Shown: positions 1 to 11,729 of the stretch, piece by piece
Numbering within the stretch: position 1 is the stretch's first letter
How the letters are laid out: each line of letters opens with the position of its first letter
Assembly (NCBI GenBank): GCA_028534125.1
Contig: CM052817.1
Coordinates: forward strand, 81,532,001 to 81,596,000
DNA: 64,000 nucleotides
DNA from: Lama glama
Lineage: Eukaryota
Direction of reading: 5' to 3'
Program-made: the position numbers and the translations under genes
Notes under the pieces: generated by a model
The model's input: only the letters and a program-made list of their open reading frames with translations
Database searches by the model: none
Told to the model about the DNA's origin: nothing

Positions 1-100
1 CTTGAAGCTGTTAAATAACTTGCCCAGGGCCTGCTGTCAGGAACTGGCAAGGCAGCATTTGAAGCAGGCAGATCAGTGCTGCAGTCCACACTTTGAACCA
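1..100 (-). mobile_element. MIR SINE fragment (5' part, cut by window edge)
   Basis: GTTAAATAACTTGCCCAGGG...GCATTTGAAGCAGGCAG...CTTTGAACCA resembles the reverse-strand MIR 5' region. Confidence 0.7.
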
Positions 101-1868
101 GCGTGCACGCTGCCTGTCAGAGGACAGCCGCTGCCTGTCACGCAGCCACGATTGTTAGGGCTCCTACTGTGTTCATCACCTTTGAAAGCTAACATGTTTC
201 CCCTTAGTTTTGCACACTATAAGGAGAAAATTGCTGTCAAACAATCTGTAAAGCTTCTTTATTTCTGAACAGCGTGAAAAAGAGAGTGACTGTCAGTTTT
301 CCTGGTTAACGAAGACAACCGAGAATGTGGTGAGCTGTACTGAGAATTCGTCATTCTGGAATATTTACATAGGGAAGTACTGTTTATAGAGAGAAACGTC
401 CCTTCAAAGTAAGTGTTAAATCTTGAAAGAATAGGACTGGCTGAGAGAAAATTAAAAATTATGGAGACAAACTAGCATCTTGGTGCTAATCTTGACAGAA
501 TTTTGTTATCTGCAACTGTTTATGGGCCAGTGGGAATGATTTCTGATGAGTTGCCCTACATCTTACCACACATACATCATACACTGTACAAATGTATACT
601 GGCACCCAGTCACTTATATAGATAATGCAATACAATGTTTTCCAATTAACTTTTATGGGAAAATTCTGTGACAGAAGCTTCATTCTCATGAATATATCAC
701 ATTTGAGTGTTTTGGTTCCAAGGACTATAGTCTGAATCCATGAGCTCTTGGATCCTTACCAGAAAACGACATAATTTCCAACCTTGCTGAATATTCCATG
801 CTCTCAGCAATCATGTTATATATGAAACCATAGGCTGAACTATTTCAAAAAACATATCTGGATTGAAAAAAATGATTTATTCATATGGAAGTCAACATGA
901 ACCAGTTATTTTATGAAAATGGCCTCATGTATCAAGTGAATGATGGCTGGATAATTCTGCAGTTACAACTCCAGCAAACTAATGATGCCAAAGCATATAT
1001 AATATTGTTCAACATATAATATTCATTGTATTTTTTAAGAAGCAAATTCCCTGTTCTCCTCAATCAATACAACTTCTCAAAATAGCAGGAAGAAATCCTT
1101 TAAGTTTTCCTTGGAATTGAAAGAAGAAAATGGCAGGACATATATGTACCAACTTCTGAAAATTGTTTCCTGGGAAATATGAAACATGTTTATTTCAGAA
1201 TATTAAAAATAAAGTGTCTACAGATGAAACAAATGTGATCCAGAAATACTTAATGTGAAAATGGAAATCATAATTCTGAGCGAATGAGTACACCATCCAC
1301 ATTGCTCACCAGCAGAAGCAGGTGCAGGATGGGGTGGTTAGAAAGAGGGGGCAAAAGTGTTGTGCTACAGGAGAGGAAACTATTTTCTTCTTGCTTCTCA
1401 GTTGTAAAGCCATTGTTCTGATGCAAAGATTCTCATCACAGCATCTTGGAATGACACAGAAGCAGTTGCTGAAGAAACTTAAAGCCTGAAAATTAGAGAA
1501 AGATGGAAAACTTGAGGACCACACAAATAGAAAGGAAATAGTGAGTTCTGTGGTTACAAGTATTTAGTGGCAGGCATTTTGCTGAGAAAATTAGAAGCCA
1601 CTCCCCGCCCACCCTTGAGAATAGAATTAATAAAATATGTTATTAATAGACACAACTGAAAAACTTGTAAAACTTCAGAAAATGAAGAATCTTGCTCAGA
1701 GATCATTCACCTAGCAACACCAGGAAGAGAGAGAGAGAGACACTTAATTTTAACTTACTAAAGAGGAAATTAGAAATCAGAACCCCACACCATATTAGCT
1801 GAAGTTTGTGGTATATAATTTTTCTTATGTTAACTGTGCAGTAAAATCTATGTAGTTCTCTTTTCATT

Positions 1869-2080
1869 GTGTGCTGCTCAGGGGCCAGACGATATTCAGA
1901 TGGCACACTCAGAAGGGATAACTGAAGAGAGTTTTATAAAGGGACTATTTATGAAGTGTGGTAAGGACCAGGGGAACCGACACTGCATGGTTAAACGCCC
2001 CAGTACTGGTACCAGCTGGGCAGTTACCAGACCCATTGAGAAGAGTAATTGTTGGAGAGTGGCTACCCAGCAGGAGGCAT
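1869..2080 (-). mobile_element. ERVL LTR fragment (LTR40/LTR41-like)
   Basis: CAGATGGCACACTCAGAAGGGATAACTGAAGAGAGTTTTATAAAGGGACTATTTA matches my recollection of the LTR40/41 terminal region. Confidence 0.6.
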
Positions 2081-4820
2081 GACTCTAATTAGAAAAAAAT
2101 CAGCATGTGCAAAAGCATTGTAGTTTTCACGTCTTGAATTAAGACACGGTGGGTGAGGGAAATCCCGTGAGATCAAGAGTCTGGTACTCAGAACCTGTAA
2201 ACCCAGTCATCAGCAATTTTTATAGAAAATTTGCTTTAACAAGACTAATTTCTTCCTAGATGTATGTCAATTTTCACGGGGCATTTTTTATGCCCTACAA
2301 AAACCAGAATTTGGCCTTAAGCATTCTCGGAAAAAATGTTCAGTTTTGAGATTTTTTTCCACCTTGACCAGTCTAGAAAAATATTAATTTGATTGCTCAA
2401 AAAATACATATATATTTGAGCCAATAGAAGCTGTCATTTAGACAACTGGAGAGAAGGAAAGTTAGAGTAGAGGAAGGAAACTTTTAAAACTATTATGAAA
2501 TAATCTCTGAGGCCCCACATATATACACACATGTATTTGTGCATAATTAAGAGTGTTTAATCAGGCCCTCTACCCAAAAGAGACTTTACTTGGAAAGTAC
2601 AGTCTGTTCACACTTCATATCCTTTAGAAGGTAAAATGTGGCAAAAAGTTTTGCATGAAGAATAGAGACATAGGCACCATTATCTTGGGGAAAAAAAAAT
2701 CTTTTTACTCTTGTAAAGACTACGTATTACCTTATCAGCGGTTTCCAAAACACACACAAAACTCCCTGAGAAATCATAGTGTGGCCGTCTAAATCAATCT
2801 CACTGTAGGCGATGATAGAATGTTCTGTCAGTCACTTCAAGAAGTGAGAAACTTCACAGAATACATGAAATGAGCTTTTCCTTCTTCTTCTGTTCTGATT
2901 CTAGGCTCAGGTTAATAAGAGATGAGAGCACGAGACAACCTGAGTCATACATCTTCCCTGCACTCATCACTTTCAGATGATTCTTGACTATTTGATAGAG
3001 AATTTTGATCATTTCCAACCAGAGAGATACATAGAACGAGCTTCTGTGCTGTGTTCTGTTGCCCTCTCAGCAGTTCCACGGGGCTCTCCACTTCCTTGCT
3101 TAGTTGGAGCAGAGGCTTGGCGATCTCTTTCTACCTGACAACAGCAAGGGCAGTACTCACTTCCATGTCTTCACAATGTACCCGGCACAATTTGAGTCTT
3201 ACAGGTCTGGACACTCGCAGAAGAAGATTGAACAGAACAGTCTTTTCCTGGAATTCACAATGTTTCAGGTGTTGGCCTCTTGTCTACCCCCTAAAGAAGT
3301 CATCTCATTGGTCTCCTCCTGCACACGGCCACCTCAGTAATATGCTGTGGACTCCGGCCGACTTGCTTTTCGTGCATGAAGTGTGTATAGTTATATAAAA
3401 ATGTCATCTACTGTTAACTAGTAATAGCCTGGTATATGAACTGATGCCATATCAGAGCATGGAAGGGAAACAGGACCGCTAGTTTACTTTCAGTCTAACC
3501 TCAGCTTAAAAGAAATCACTATGAATTATGTATCAATATGTAGGTGCAGTAGAAAATAATAATCATAACATTAAAGGCTGGAAGGGTTGAGGCTTTTTTA
3601 TTCCAGGACCTGAAAAGAATCACCTGTAATCTGTCACCAGTTTCTCTACACAGGGAAGCGAGGTGGTTAAGGCATGCATTGCACGTGTCTGAAAGTTGTG
3701 ATTCCAAACCACACATATTCCGCCAAACACATGACGTCGGTGGGGAACCCCAGGCTCCACAGCTCTCCCTGCTGAACTCCGGCAGCTTTCCCACATAATA
3801 ACTTGGAAAGCACATGCTCTGAAGAGCAAAGCATAGTCATCCTTAAACATACCAGCTTTTACCAAAGAGGCATCCAATGAAGGTTTTATTTATTTGGAAG
3901 GGCAGTGTAACTAGGGGGAAGACACAGAGCTGGGAGCAAAGCATGCCCATGTGGAAAGCTACCTCCACTTCTGGTTAGAAAGATGTGGGATGTGCAGGCA
4001 GCTTGCATGTGATGAGGAGAGTAAGTTCATTAGCAAATAAACTCCTAGAGTCTTTGTAAAGCATTTATGAGCGCCATTAAAGCCGTTCGTGTTTTTTTCA
4101 CATGACATTTTATTGCTTTCATTCTTATTCAGGTTCTCATAATTAATGAATAATATGAGAGAGCAAATCTCCTGACCCTCTTTCAGTGACCCTTCCGCTA
4201 ACCTCAGGACCAGTCAATTTACATATTTACAAAGAGACAGCAAACATTTTAAAATGCAAATCAAATTCTTCAGGACTTGTAAGTGCAAGCCAGTCCAAGA
4301 GAGAACTGGGGAATTTGGAGGGGAGTTTTGCTTATTCGGAATTTCTCACCTTCAACTCTCTGTCTTTATAAGCCAATGGAAAGGCACATTGTCTTTCTTC
4401 CCTCAAAAGCATGACATCTGATTATTCCTGTGGCTGTCATAAAGTAATGATGTGTTTAAGAGACAGAATTGAAAATGGAAATTATTCAGTGTGTCACATA
4501 GTGAAAGAGAAGTAAACAAAGGACACAAGTTAAATGCTCAGTAGATTAAGATCGTTTTTTGAGACTTTGGGTGCGTGGTAATGTAAAATTTAAGTAAAGA
4601 ATCTGCAAATACATTTGTTGTTGTTTGTGTGTTTGTTTCTTAGTATTAGTCTATGTATTTAGATTTGGGAAACTGCATTTTATTTTTTTCTCTCTCTGTT
4701 TCTCTTTCTCTCTTGGTGTAACAAATGCTTCAAGTCTTAAATATAGTAGAGAGAGCCAACCTTATCTTTAACGTTAATATTAATTTTAATGAAAAACAGT
4801 TTTTATATATCATGTGTCTT

Positions 4821-4995
4821 TTTAAAAAACCCTCTTTTTAAAAATTCAGTCTTTTTTGAGGAGTAATTAGGTTCATACATTTTAGATATATTTTAAAATT
4901 TTCTATTTTTTTATTTTCAATGGAGATACTGGGGATCGAACCCAGGACCCCGTGCATGTTAAGCACCCACTCTTCTGCTGAGCTACACTCTCCCC
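4821..4995 (-). mobile_element. tRNA-derived camelid SINE (Vic-1-like)
   Basis: Reverse strand reads GGGGAGAGTGTAGCTCAG (A box)...GGTCCTGGGTTCGATCCCCAGTATCTCCA (B box)...CCTAATTACTCC plus an A-rich tail; degenerate TSD ATCATGTGTCTT/ATCGTGTCTT. Confidence 0.9.
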
Positions 4996-5374
4996 TTCAC
5001 ATCGTGTCTTAATTTAGTACATTGCACTGGACGCAGAGTTTTGATGTAGTGTTTCTTATTCTGAAAGCCTTAGTGCTTACCAAAGAGAGGAGGTGAGAAA
5101 GCCAGCTATTGATGAGAAAGCAGGAAGGCCAACGCGAATCCCACTACAGCGATCGCTCGGAAGACCTTGTGCTGACTGACGTCCTGGCCTGTTCCGAATC
5201 CAGGGGCTTAGTCTGCAGAGCTCACCTTATCTGGCTGAGACACGTTGATTTACTTTTCTGTAGAATCTATCCCAGCTCACTTGCCTTCCCCCCATCCTTA
5301 GCACGTATTTCAGATTACCTGTGAAGGACTGTATTAAGAAAACACCATGATTAAAACAATGGTAACAACAACCT

Positions 5375-5645
5375 TTACATTAAGGTATAACTAATAGAGT
5401 AGAGTGGACCACCTTTATGAATTGTTACAACGATGTAACCACCACCCAGATCAAGATAATGCATCCACAAATCCTGAAGTTCCCTTGAGCCTCCTCACGG
5501 TCAGTGTTCCCAGAAAATAAGTGCTCTCTGATCTCAGCCTTCGTGAAATTGTTCTGCCTGCGTTTGAATTTTATATGAATTGAATCATACTGTCAGTATT
5601 CTTCTATGCCTGGTATTATTTGCTTAGTATTATGCCTGTTAGATG
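5375..5645 (-). mobile_element. old L1M 3' end fragment
   Basis: TGTAACCACCACCCAGATCAAGATA...TTTGAATTTTATATGAATTGAATCATACTG is typical antisense L1MB/ME 3' UTR. Confidence 0.7.
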
Positions 5646-6033
5646 ATCTTTAGGAGCCATTATCTGCCCCAGTTTTAAAATGTAACTGAACTTAAATACA
5701 CTATTCTAATTTTTTGAAAGTGTCAAATGTAAGTCACAAAACCACTACAGAAAGACTGTGCATTTAGCTGTAAGAGGAAATTGATAGTAACCTCACTTTG
5801 TAATCGTTAATAGAAAGAAAAACTGCTTGAGACCCTCACATACACCTACCCACCCCTGTCTCATGCCCATATTGCAGAATAAAAACATCTAAGCATCAAT
5901 TACATCAAAATTCTGGAAAGATCACCTAAGGCTTCAGCTTGGCACAGGCTGAATCATTACAAGTTCTCAATTAGCTGAAACTTACTGTGATAGAGTACTT
6001 ATATAAGGAAAATCTGAACAGAGCTGAGGTGGT

Positions 6034-6548
6034 TGTGATGGTTAATTTTATGTGTCAGCTTGACTGGGCCATAGGGAGGCTCAGATATTTGGTCAAACAT
6101 TCTGGGAATGTCTGTGAGGGCGATCGTGAGTACGTTGAACATTTGAATTGACAGGCTGAGTAAAGCAGCTCACACTCCCTAGTGCAGCTGGACCTCATTC
6201 AGTCAGTGCAGGCCTGAATAGCTCAAAAAGGCTGACCCTCCTGTGAGTGAATGAGAACTTCTGCCTGATGATTTGATCACACATAGGCCTTTTTTACCTT
6301 CAGATTCAAACTGAAACATCAGCCCTTCTTGGATCTCAAGCCTCCCGGTTCTCTGGACTGGAACGACACCATCAGCTCTCTTGGGTCTCCAACTTGCCTA
6401 CTGGAGCTCTGGGACTCCTTAGCCTCCTTAATCTTGTGAGACAATTCCTTATAATCTCTCTCTCTCTCTCTTCCTCTCCCCTCTGTCTCTATCTCCACAC
6501 ACACACATTCTGTTGCTTCTGTTTACCTAGAGAACCCTGACTAATACA
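6034..6548 (+). mobile_element. MLT2 (ERV-L) 5' LTR
   Basis: Starts TGTGATGGTTAATTTTATGTGTCAGCTTGACTGGGCCA and ends CTAGAGAACCCTGACTAATACA, the canonical MLT2 termini. Confidence 0.92.
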
Positions 6549-7304
6549 AATTCTGGTACTGAGAAGGGCTCTAGAGGAACAGAATTTTACACTGGAGGTT
6601 TCTGAATTGATTCTGGGGTTTCTGGTATTGGCTCACTAAACTGATTAGATTTAAAGACACTAATGACTCTCTGGTAGTAAAGAGAGTACGTGGCACAGCG
6701 TGGCAATGGAGACACACCAAACATCACCTAATCAACCACTTATGAGAAGCAAGCATCTGGCTGCTTGTGTAGAGCATATAATGAAGATAATGAGATTGGC
6801 TGGTTGCTTTTAATGTTACTGGACAAAATAAGGAAAGAAAAGAATAAGCTCAGGGATTTGAATTCTCTGCTACAACAATGCACAAATGGTCTGAAAGCTT
6901 CTATGTGTGCCATGAAGGAGCTCCTTAGGTCCCGTAGCTTCAGGACTGAAATTATTGAAAATCAAATCCAGGATCTCATTCTGTGAATGGCTGAACACAA
7001 TTTGAATGCCTATCCTTGTAGGGTGTCTACTGTAAAAGTGAGGGCATTGATTGGGAAGAAATGGGATTCTAAAAGTTGAAATGGGAACATACGGGAAGAC
7101 TGATGAGGCTAGCAAATTGGGTCCCTAAGTTCTGATGAGTCTTTGATGCCAGTGGAAGGGGGCTCTCTACACACCTCCCATCCCAGGGAGTCAGCAATGC
7201 ATTGTCTACAGAAGCTGTAATGGTCTCCGCTGAGGCAGTTGCCATGCAAATTCCAATATGACATCTCTTCAGGACCCACCCCCACCATCCTCTTATCTTC
7301 TACA
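6549..7304 (+). mobile_element. ERV-L internal region (PBS, leader, gag 5' end), truncated
   Basis: TGGTACT PBS-like start at 6554, then CTCTAGAGGAACAGAAT leader and gag-like translation. Confidence 0.88.
6765..7110 (+). pseudogene. gag: degraded ERV-L gag N-terminal fragment
   Basis: NEIGWLLLMLLDKIRKEKNKLRDLNS...EIIENQIQDLIL*, then VSTVKVRALIGKKWDSKS*NGNIRED; resembles HERV-L/MuERV-L Gag, with stops and frameshifts. Confidence 0.85.
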
Positions 7305-7332
7305 GGCTTCTCTGGAGAACCCTGACTGATAG
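7305..7332 (+). mobile_element. terminal remnant of MLT2 3' LTR
   Basis: TTCTCTGGAGAACCCTGACTGATAGA repeats the end of the 5' LTR (CTAGAGAACCCTGACTAATACA, ending 6548). Confidence 0.8.
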
Positions 7333-8034
7333 AAGGGTTGAAATTTTTTAGAAGACTACATATACTATTAGATTGGCTAGTAATACACTGTAAGCTACAA
7401 CATCAAAATGATTTCTTAAACAATATTAACCCAAAATTACCAAATTGGACTAGAGAAGAAATTATTTTTCTAAAGAAAAACATAAAAATTACAGTTGAGT
7501 ATCGAACAAATTAGAAAGACAGAATGAGTCAAAATTAAAACACATATTGGTTCTTTCAGGAAACACTTTTTTATGCAAAGTTGAAATACAGTGGTCCATA
7601 GTCAGGCTTGAAGTGAGGTGAATGAAGTCACTTGAACAGAATAAAGACTTGCACTGAAAAGGAAGGGCTGTATGTAATTTTTTTAAAAAGGAAAATTATT
7701 GCTTTTTAAAGAATGAATTCCCACATTTGGAAAATTCTTTAAAAATTAAAATAAACGAAAAAAAATTTACAGTAGAGAAGACTTAGACATCTGCATTGAA
7801 TGGAAAGGTGTCAGTAAATTTAATGGATATTATTTTTCTATCAAGAGACTTTCTCTCTGATAATAGTGTTTAAAAACACTACATTTGACCGATTAGAAAG
7901 GGGCGTTAGTTTGAATTAAGGAAAAATCTTAATTACAGAATTTTAAAAGTAGACATTTTTCTCAAGGTACAGTCAAATCAGAGATGAAATTAAGATTAAC
8001 CAACAATTGGTAACACATGGAAATGTGAAATAAT

Positions 8035-8887
8035 TGTGGCAAGACAAGAAAAATTTGAACATAAAAATTTCTTCTCTACCCTTTGGCCCCCTCTCTCCCC
8101 TCACTGTGCACTATGTGTCTGCGTTATGCATGGACCAAACCTCCCCCCAAAATACCTGCTCAACCGTAAAGAGCAACATCCTCCCAGCATCAACAGACAA
8201 CTCCTTAAAAGGTAACATTCCTTCTTGATCTTGTAAGGGGTCACATGACCCACCAGGAGGACGCTTAGATCTGGTTTATGTAAACTGTCAATAATATGTC
8301 ATTTGGATGAGAGGTGCCAAGATGGAGGAGTAGACAGACTCACAGCTCACTCTGTCCCACAAACACACCAAATTACATCTATAAACCCACTGAATCGCAC
8401 AGAACTCCTACTGAACTCTGGCCGAGTGTCTCTCACTTAGAAATACAAGAGGATTCTCACAAAATCTGATAAACAGCAAGTTTATACTGTATAGCACAGA
8501 GAACTATATTCACTATCTTGTAGTAATTTATGGTGAAAAAGAATATGAAAATGCATATACGTATGTTTGTGTATGACTGAAGCATTGTTCTGTGCACCAG
8601 AAATTGACACAACATTGTAAACTGACTACACTTCAAAATATATATATATATACACAAATAAATGATAATACATCATTTGATGTGCAGTACTTTGTCTCAA
8701 AAAACTTAATAAAATAAATAAAACTCCAAAACTTTAAAAAAGAAAAAAACTGTGCCTTTATTTCTAACTGGTGGAGCAGTTCTCAGAGCTTTCTGAGATG
8801 CTCTTCCCAGGTTATAATCCTCAAATTTGGCTCAAATAAAATTTTCCATTTCTTTCTTAGATGGACTGATTGATTTTTCATCAGCCA
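8035..8887 (+). mobile_element. ERV1-like solo LTR, interrupted by the insertion at 8306-8664
   Basis: TG...CA ends; R/U5-like CAGTTCTCAGAGCTTTCTGAGATGCTCTTCCCAGGTTATAATCCTCAAATTTGGCTCAAATAAAA; continuous across the TSD. LTR TSD not resolved. Confidence 0.7.
8306..8664 (+). mobile_element. L1 5'UTR fused to L1 3'UTR (spliced or internally deleted non-autonomous L1) with 15-bp TSD
   Basis: GAGAGGTGCCAAGATGGAGGAGTAG L1 5' terminus with YY1-like motif; joins at 8468/8469 to ATAAACAGCAAGTTTATACTGTATAGCACAG (L1 3'UTR, compare 60622); TSD 8291-8305/8665-8679. Confidence 0.85.
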
Positions 8888-9779
8888 CTCAGAACCAGCC
8901 GCTCAGGATGGATGCTGGCTATAACTGGGGCAGTTTCCGTGAGTTCCCTGCTCTGCTAGGCAATGATTTTTGAGTTGTTTAGGAAAACGTCTGGAAAGCC
9001 CTGGAGAAGAAACGGTATCAGAAAAGGGCAAAGGGAAACATGGGGGCTCTAGGCAACCAGAATGAAAGTACTCAAATATTTTAAGTGTTTTGGCCTTATC
9101 TGTGGCCAGTGGTGGAGTATCAGCTCTCCCTTGACTTCACTGTTTACATAATCCTTGCTGGTATTCTCCTCTGGTCTTAGATAAGGAGGAATCTCTAAAG
9201 TTGAAACCCTCATTTGTTTTTGAACACTGAAGTCCTTGAAGGAGTTTATTTACTTAGGTTGAATAAAACCATTCTCTATAACTATGCGTATTCTTTTTAA
9301 GATTATTAGTCTTTTTTTTTTTGCTATGTAATATAAAAAAAAAGCAACATAGAAATTTTAGTTTCTCAGTTAGAAAGTGTTATTGTTTATATTTGTATAT
9401 ATTTGATCATTCATTCATTCAAGGATGCATTTGTTCCTGCAACTATTCATGCAGTCACCATAGTTTGAGAAGAGCATGAATGTCTCTTCAATGTTGTTGT
9501 TGTGTTTTTTTTTATAATAATACCCTACTTTTTCTGATTTATTATATATATATGAAATATTTCTTCAGTTATTAGACTAGTATTTGCTCCAACTGGAAAA
9601 TATCTGGGAAACACAGAAAGGATTTGAGAATATAAAAACAAACTCCCCTGCTAACACTTGATGATGCTGCCTGGTGGACTTTGAAATGTTTCTAGAATTA
9701 AGCTTGTAACTCAAATGAATGTAAAATTGTAACAGCATTTTGGCATGGGCATTTCACGTGACATCAAAAACAGCAAAAC

Positions 9780-10180
9780 CATTAATTTAACATCTCATAT
9801 TTCATAGAATGAATACTTTACCATTTACCTAACCATTCCTTTCATGTTGGACATATAAATTATTATAAATAATACTGTGATTAATATATTTGTGCATACA
9901 TATGTGCATGCAGTTATGAATATCTACTAAGGAAATATTTTAAATTAGACTTATTGAGAAAGCATGACGAAAAATTTAAGAATCTTGACACACATTACAA
10001 AATTTATTTCTGGAAAAGTTGTATCACTTTCTTTTACCACCAATAGGTTGTGATTTTTCTTGTCTTACCACATCCTCCCAGGCTATTGCGTATTATTATT
10101 AATAAAACTAAAAAAAAAAAACACTTTTTTTTTGTTATGGGATAGTGATGGTTAACTTTAATTTTTTATAAAGAAGGGTG
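9780..10180 (-). mobile_element. old L1ME ORF2/3' fragment
   Basis: TTATAAATAATACTGTGATTAATAT...GAAAAGTTGTATCACTTT...ACCACATCCTCCCAG fits antisense L1M. Confidence 0.6.
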
Positions 10181-10309
10181 ATTTTTGATGCAGTGTTTTC
10201 TTTCATTTCACTATTTTCGTTTCTTACCATTTTCCAAAGCAACTCATCCCTGCTCCTCCTTAGTGTTCAATACAATGATTGGGTTTTCAATTTCCCTCAA
10301 TAGACCTAA

Positions 10310-10423
10310 GCTCTTTCTAGGTAAGACTATTTTGTAATCTTTGTATTAGCTCTACTTCTCCATATCTAGAATATTAAGTACTCAATACATTTGTTTTAAA
10401 GAGTGAATAAATGAGTGAATGAA
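10310..10423 (+). mobile_element. L2 3' end
   Basis: AAGTACTCAATACATTTGTT...GAGTGAATAAATGAGTGAATGAA is an L2 terminal (TGAA)n-type tail. Confidence 0.6.
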
Positions 10424-11667
10424 AGGAGTAGGTTACAAATCATCAACCAAGTAATAAGATGTTTCATACTGTGGTCAACTTTTTTATAGAGTAACATTCT
10501 TCCAGGTCTCCAAGTCTTGAAACAGTGAGAGAAAGCTGTGCTGCTTTAACTTCAGCTAGTTCTTCTGGAATATTTTAAAAGAAAAGAAAATACAATATTT
10601 ACTTACTACTGCTTTGGAAGATTTAAGCACAATATCGTTGGGAGGCGGAAAACACAGAAACATCAACTCACAAAAATTACAAAGTCTCATGAGAAAAATA
10701 TTTGCATTCCAAAAAATCTAGAGCAATACTTTAGAAAATGTTACACCTTCAGTGGAGTGTTTATACTCTTTTGATCCTATTACTTCAGAATACCTGGGTT
10801 CAGACTGGAATGCAACTGGCTGCTTTTTATGCTCTTGAGAAAAAACAGCAACCAAATTAAAAACTCATCTCTGATTTTTACTTTGTGTTTTAAATCTTTA
10901 TTTTCCCCTCAGTAATGACAGTTTGCCCCTCCTTTGCTTCAACCATATTTAGAAATAATGCTTTTTGAATTAAAACTTCCTAGTTCACAGTGGACTTGCT
11001 GTCTCAGTCAGAATTCCTTACAGTTTCGACAGTCACTAAAGCATACTAAGGACATTGTGATACCTGGATTTCATTAGGGTACATGAAGGATGATCATTTG
11101 TTAATTTTCATGCAAGTTGCAGTTCTTTGAAACTTGTTATGGGTATTAAATGATAACCTTGGGGAAAAGTTATAATAACAAGATATAGTGAGCATATGTC
11201 AAACATTTATATCATAGACTAATGAAGGGAGCAGCAGGATAACAGAGTCGGTTCAAAAGAGGCTACAAGAGAGTAAAACATACAGCCAGTAAAACAGAAA
11301 TGGCTGGAATAAGTCATCTAAAGCAGATTCAAAACTGGTTACTGCTCTACAGGACAACAAAACCACAACCTTTGGGGTTTTGTTTTTTTTTTTCCTACTG
11401 GATAGAAAGCAACTGCAGCTCTGTATTTGTTAACATTTATTTGCAACTTATCCATTTTCTACAAGTTAAAAATCTAACGTTACAAAATCTGAGCTCTAAA
11501 AATAGCCAAGTAGTAAGTCATACAAAGTTACATTTTCTTAGAGCATCTGATGACCCTCAGGTGGCATTGCTAGAGAATGCTGGCTATTGAAAACAACACA
11601 GAATCTTTTTGCCCTGTTTCCAGGTTTGGGGTAAGTTTTATAACATAGGAATTAGATGGAGATATCC

Positions 11668-11668
11668 A

Positions 11669-11703
<35 letters not shown>

Positions 11704-11729
11704 GGATATATGGATATATGGATATATAT
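11668..11729. repeat. (TA)n microsatellite plus TATGGATA x3
   Basis: Read directly from the sequence. Confidence 0.9.

Noticed and set aside
4187..4278. Plus-strand exon-like segment (tttcag|...|gtaagt); a similar one lies at ~13359-13444
   Set aside because: Peptides unrecognised and no consistent gene model; probably pseudo-exons
4900..4995. tRNA-like A/B boxes (also ~36560-36632 and ~39175-39249)
   Set aside because: SINE heads with tails and TSDs, not tRNA genes
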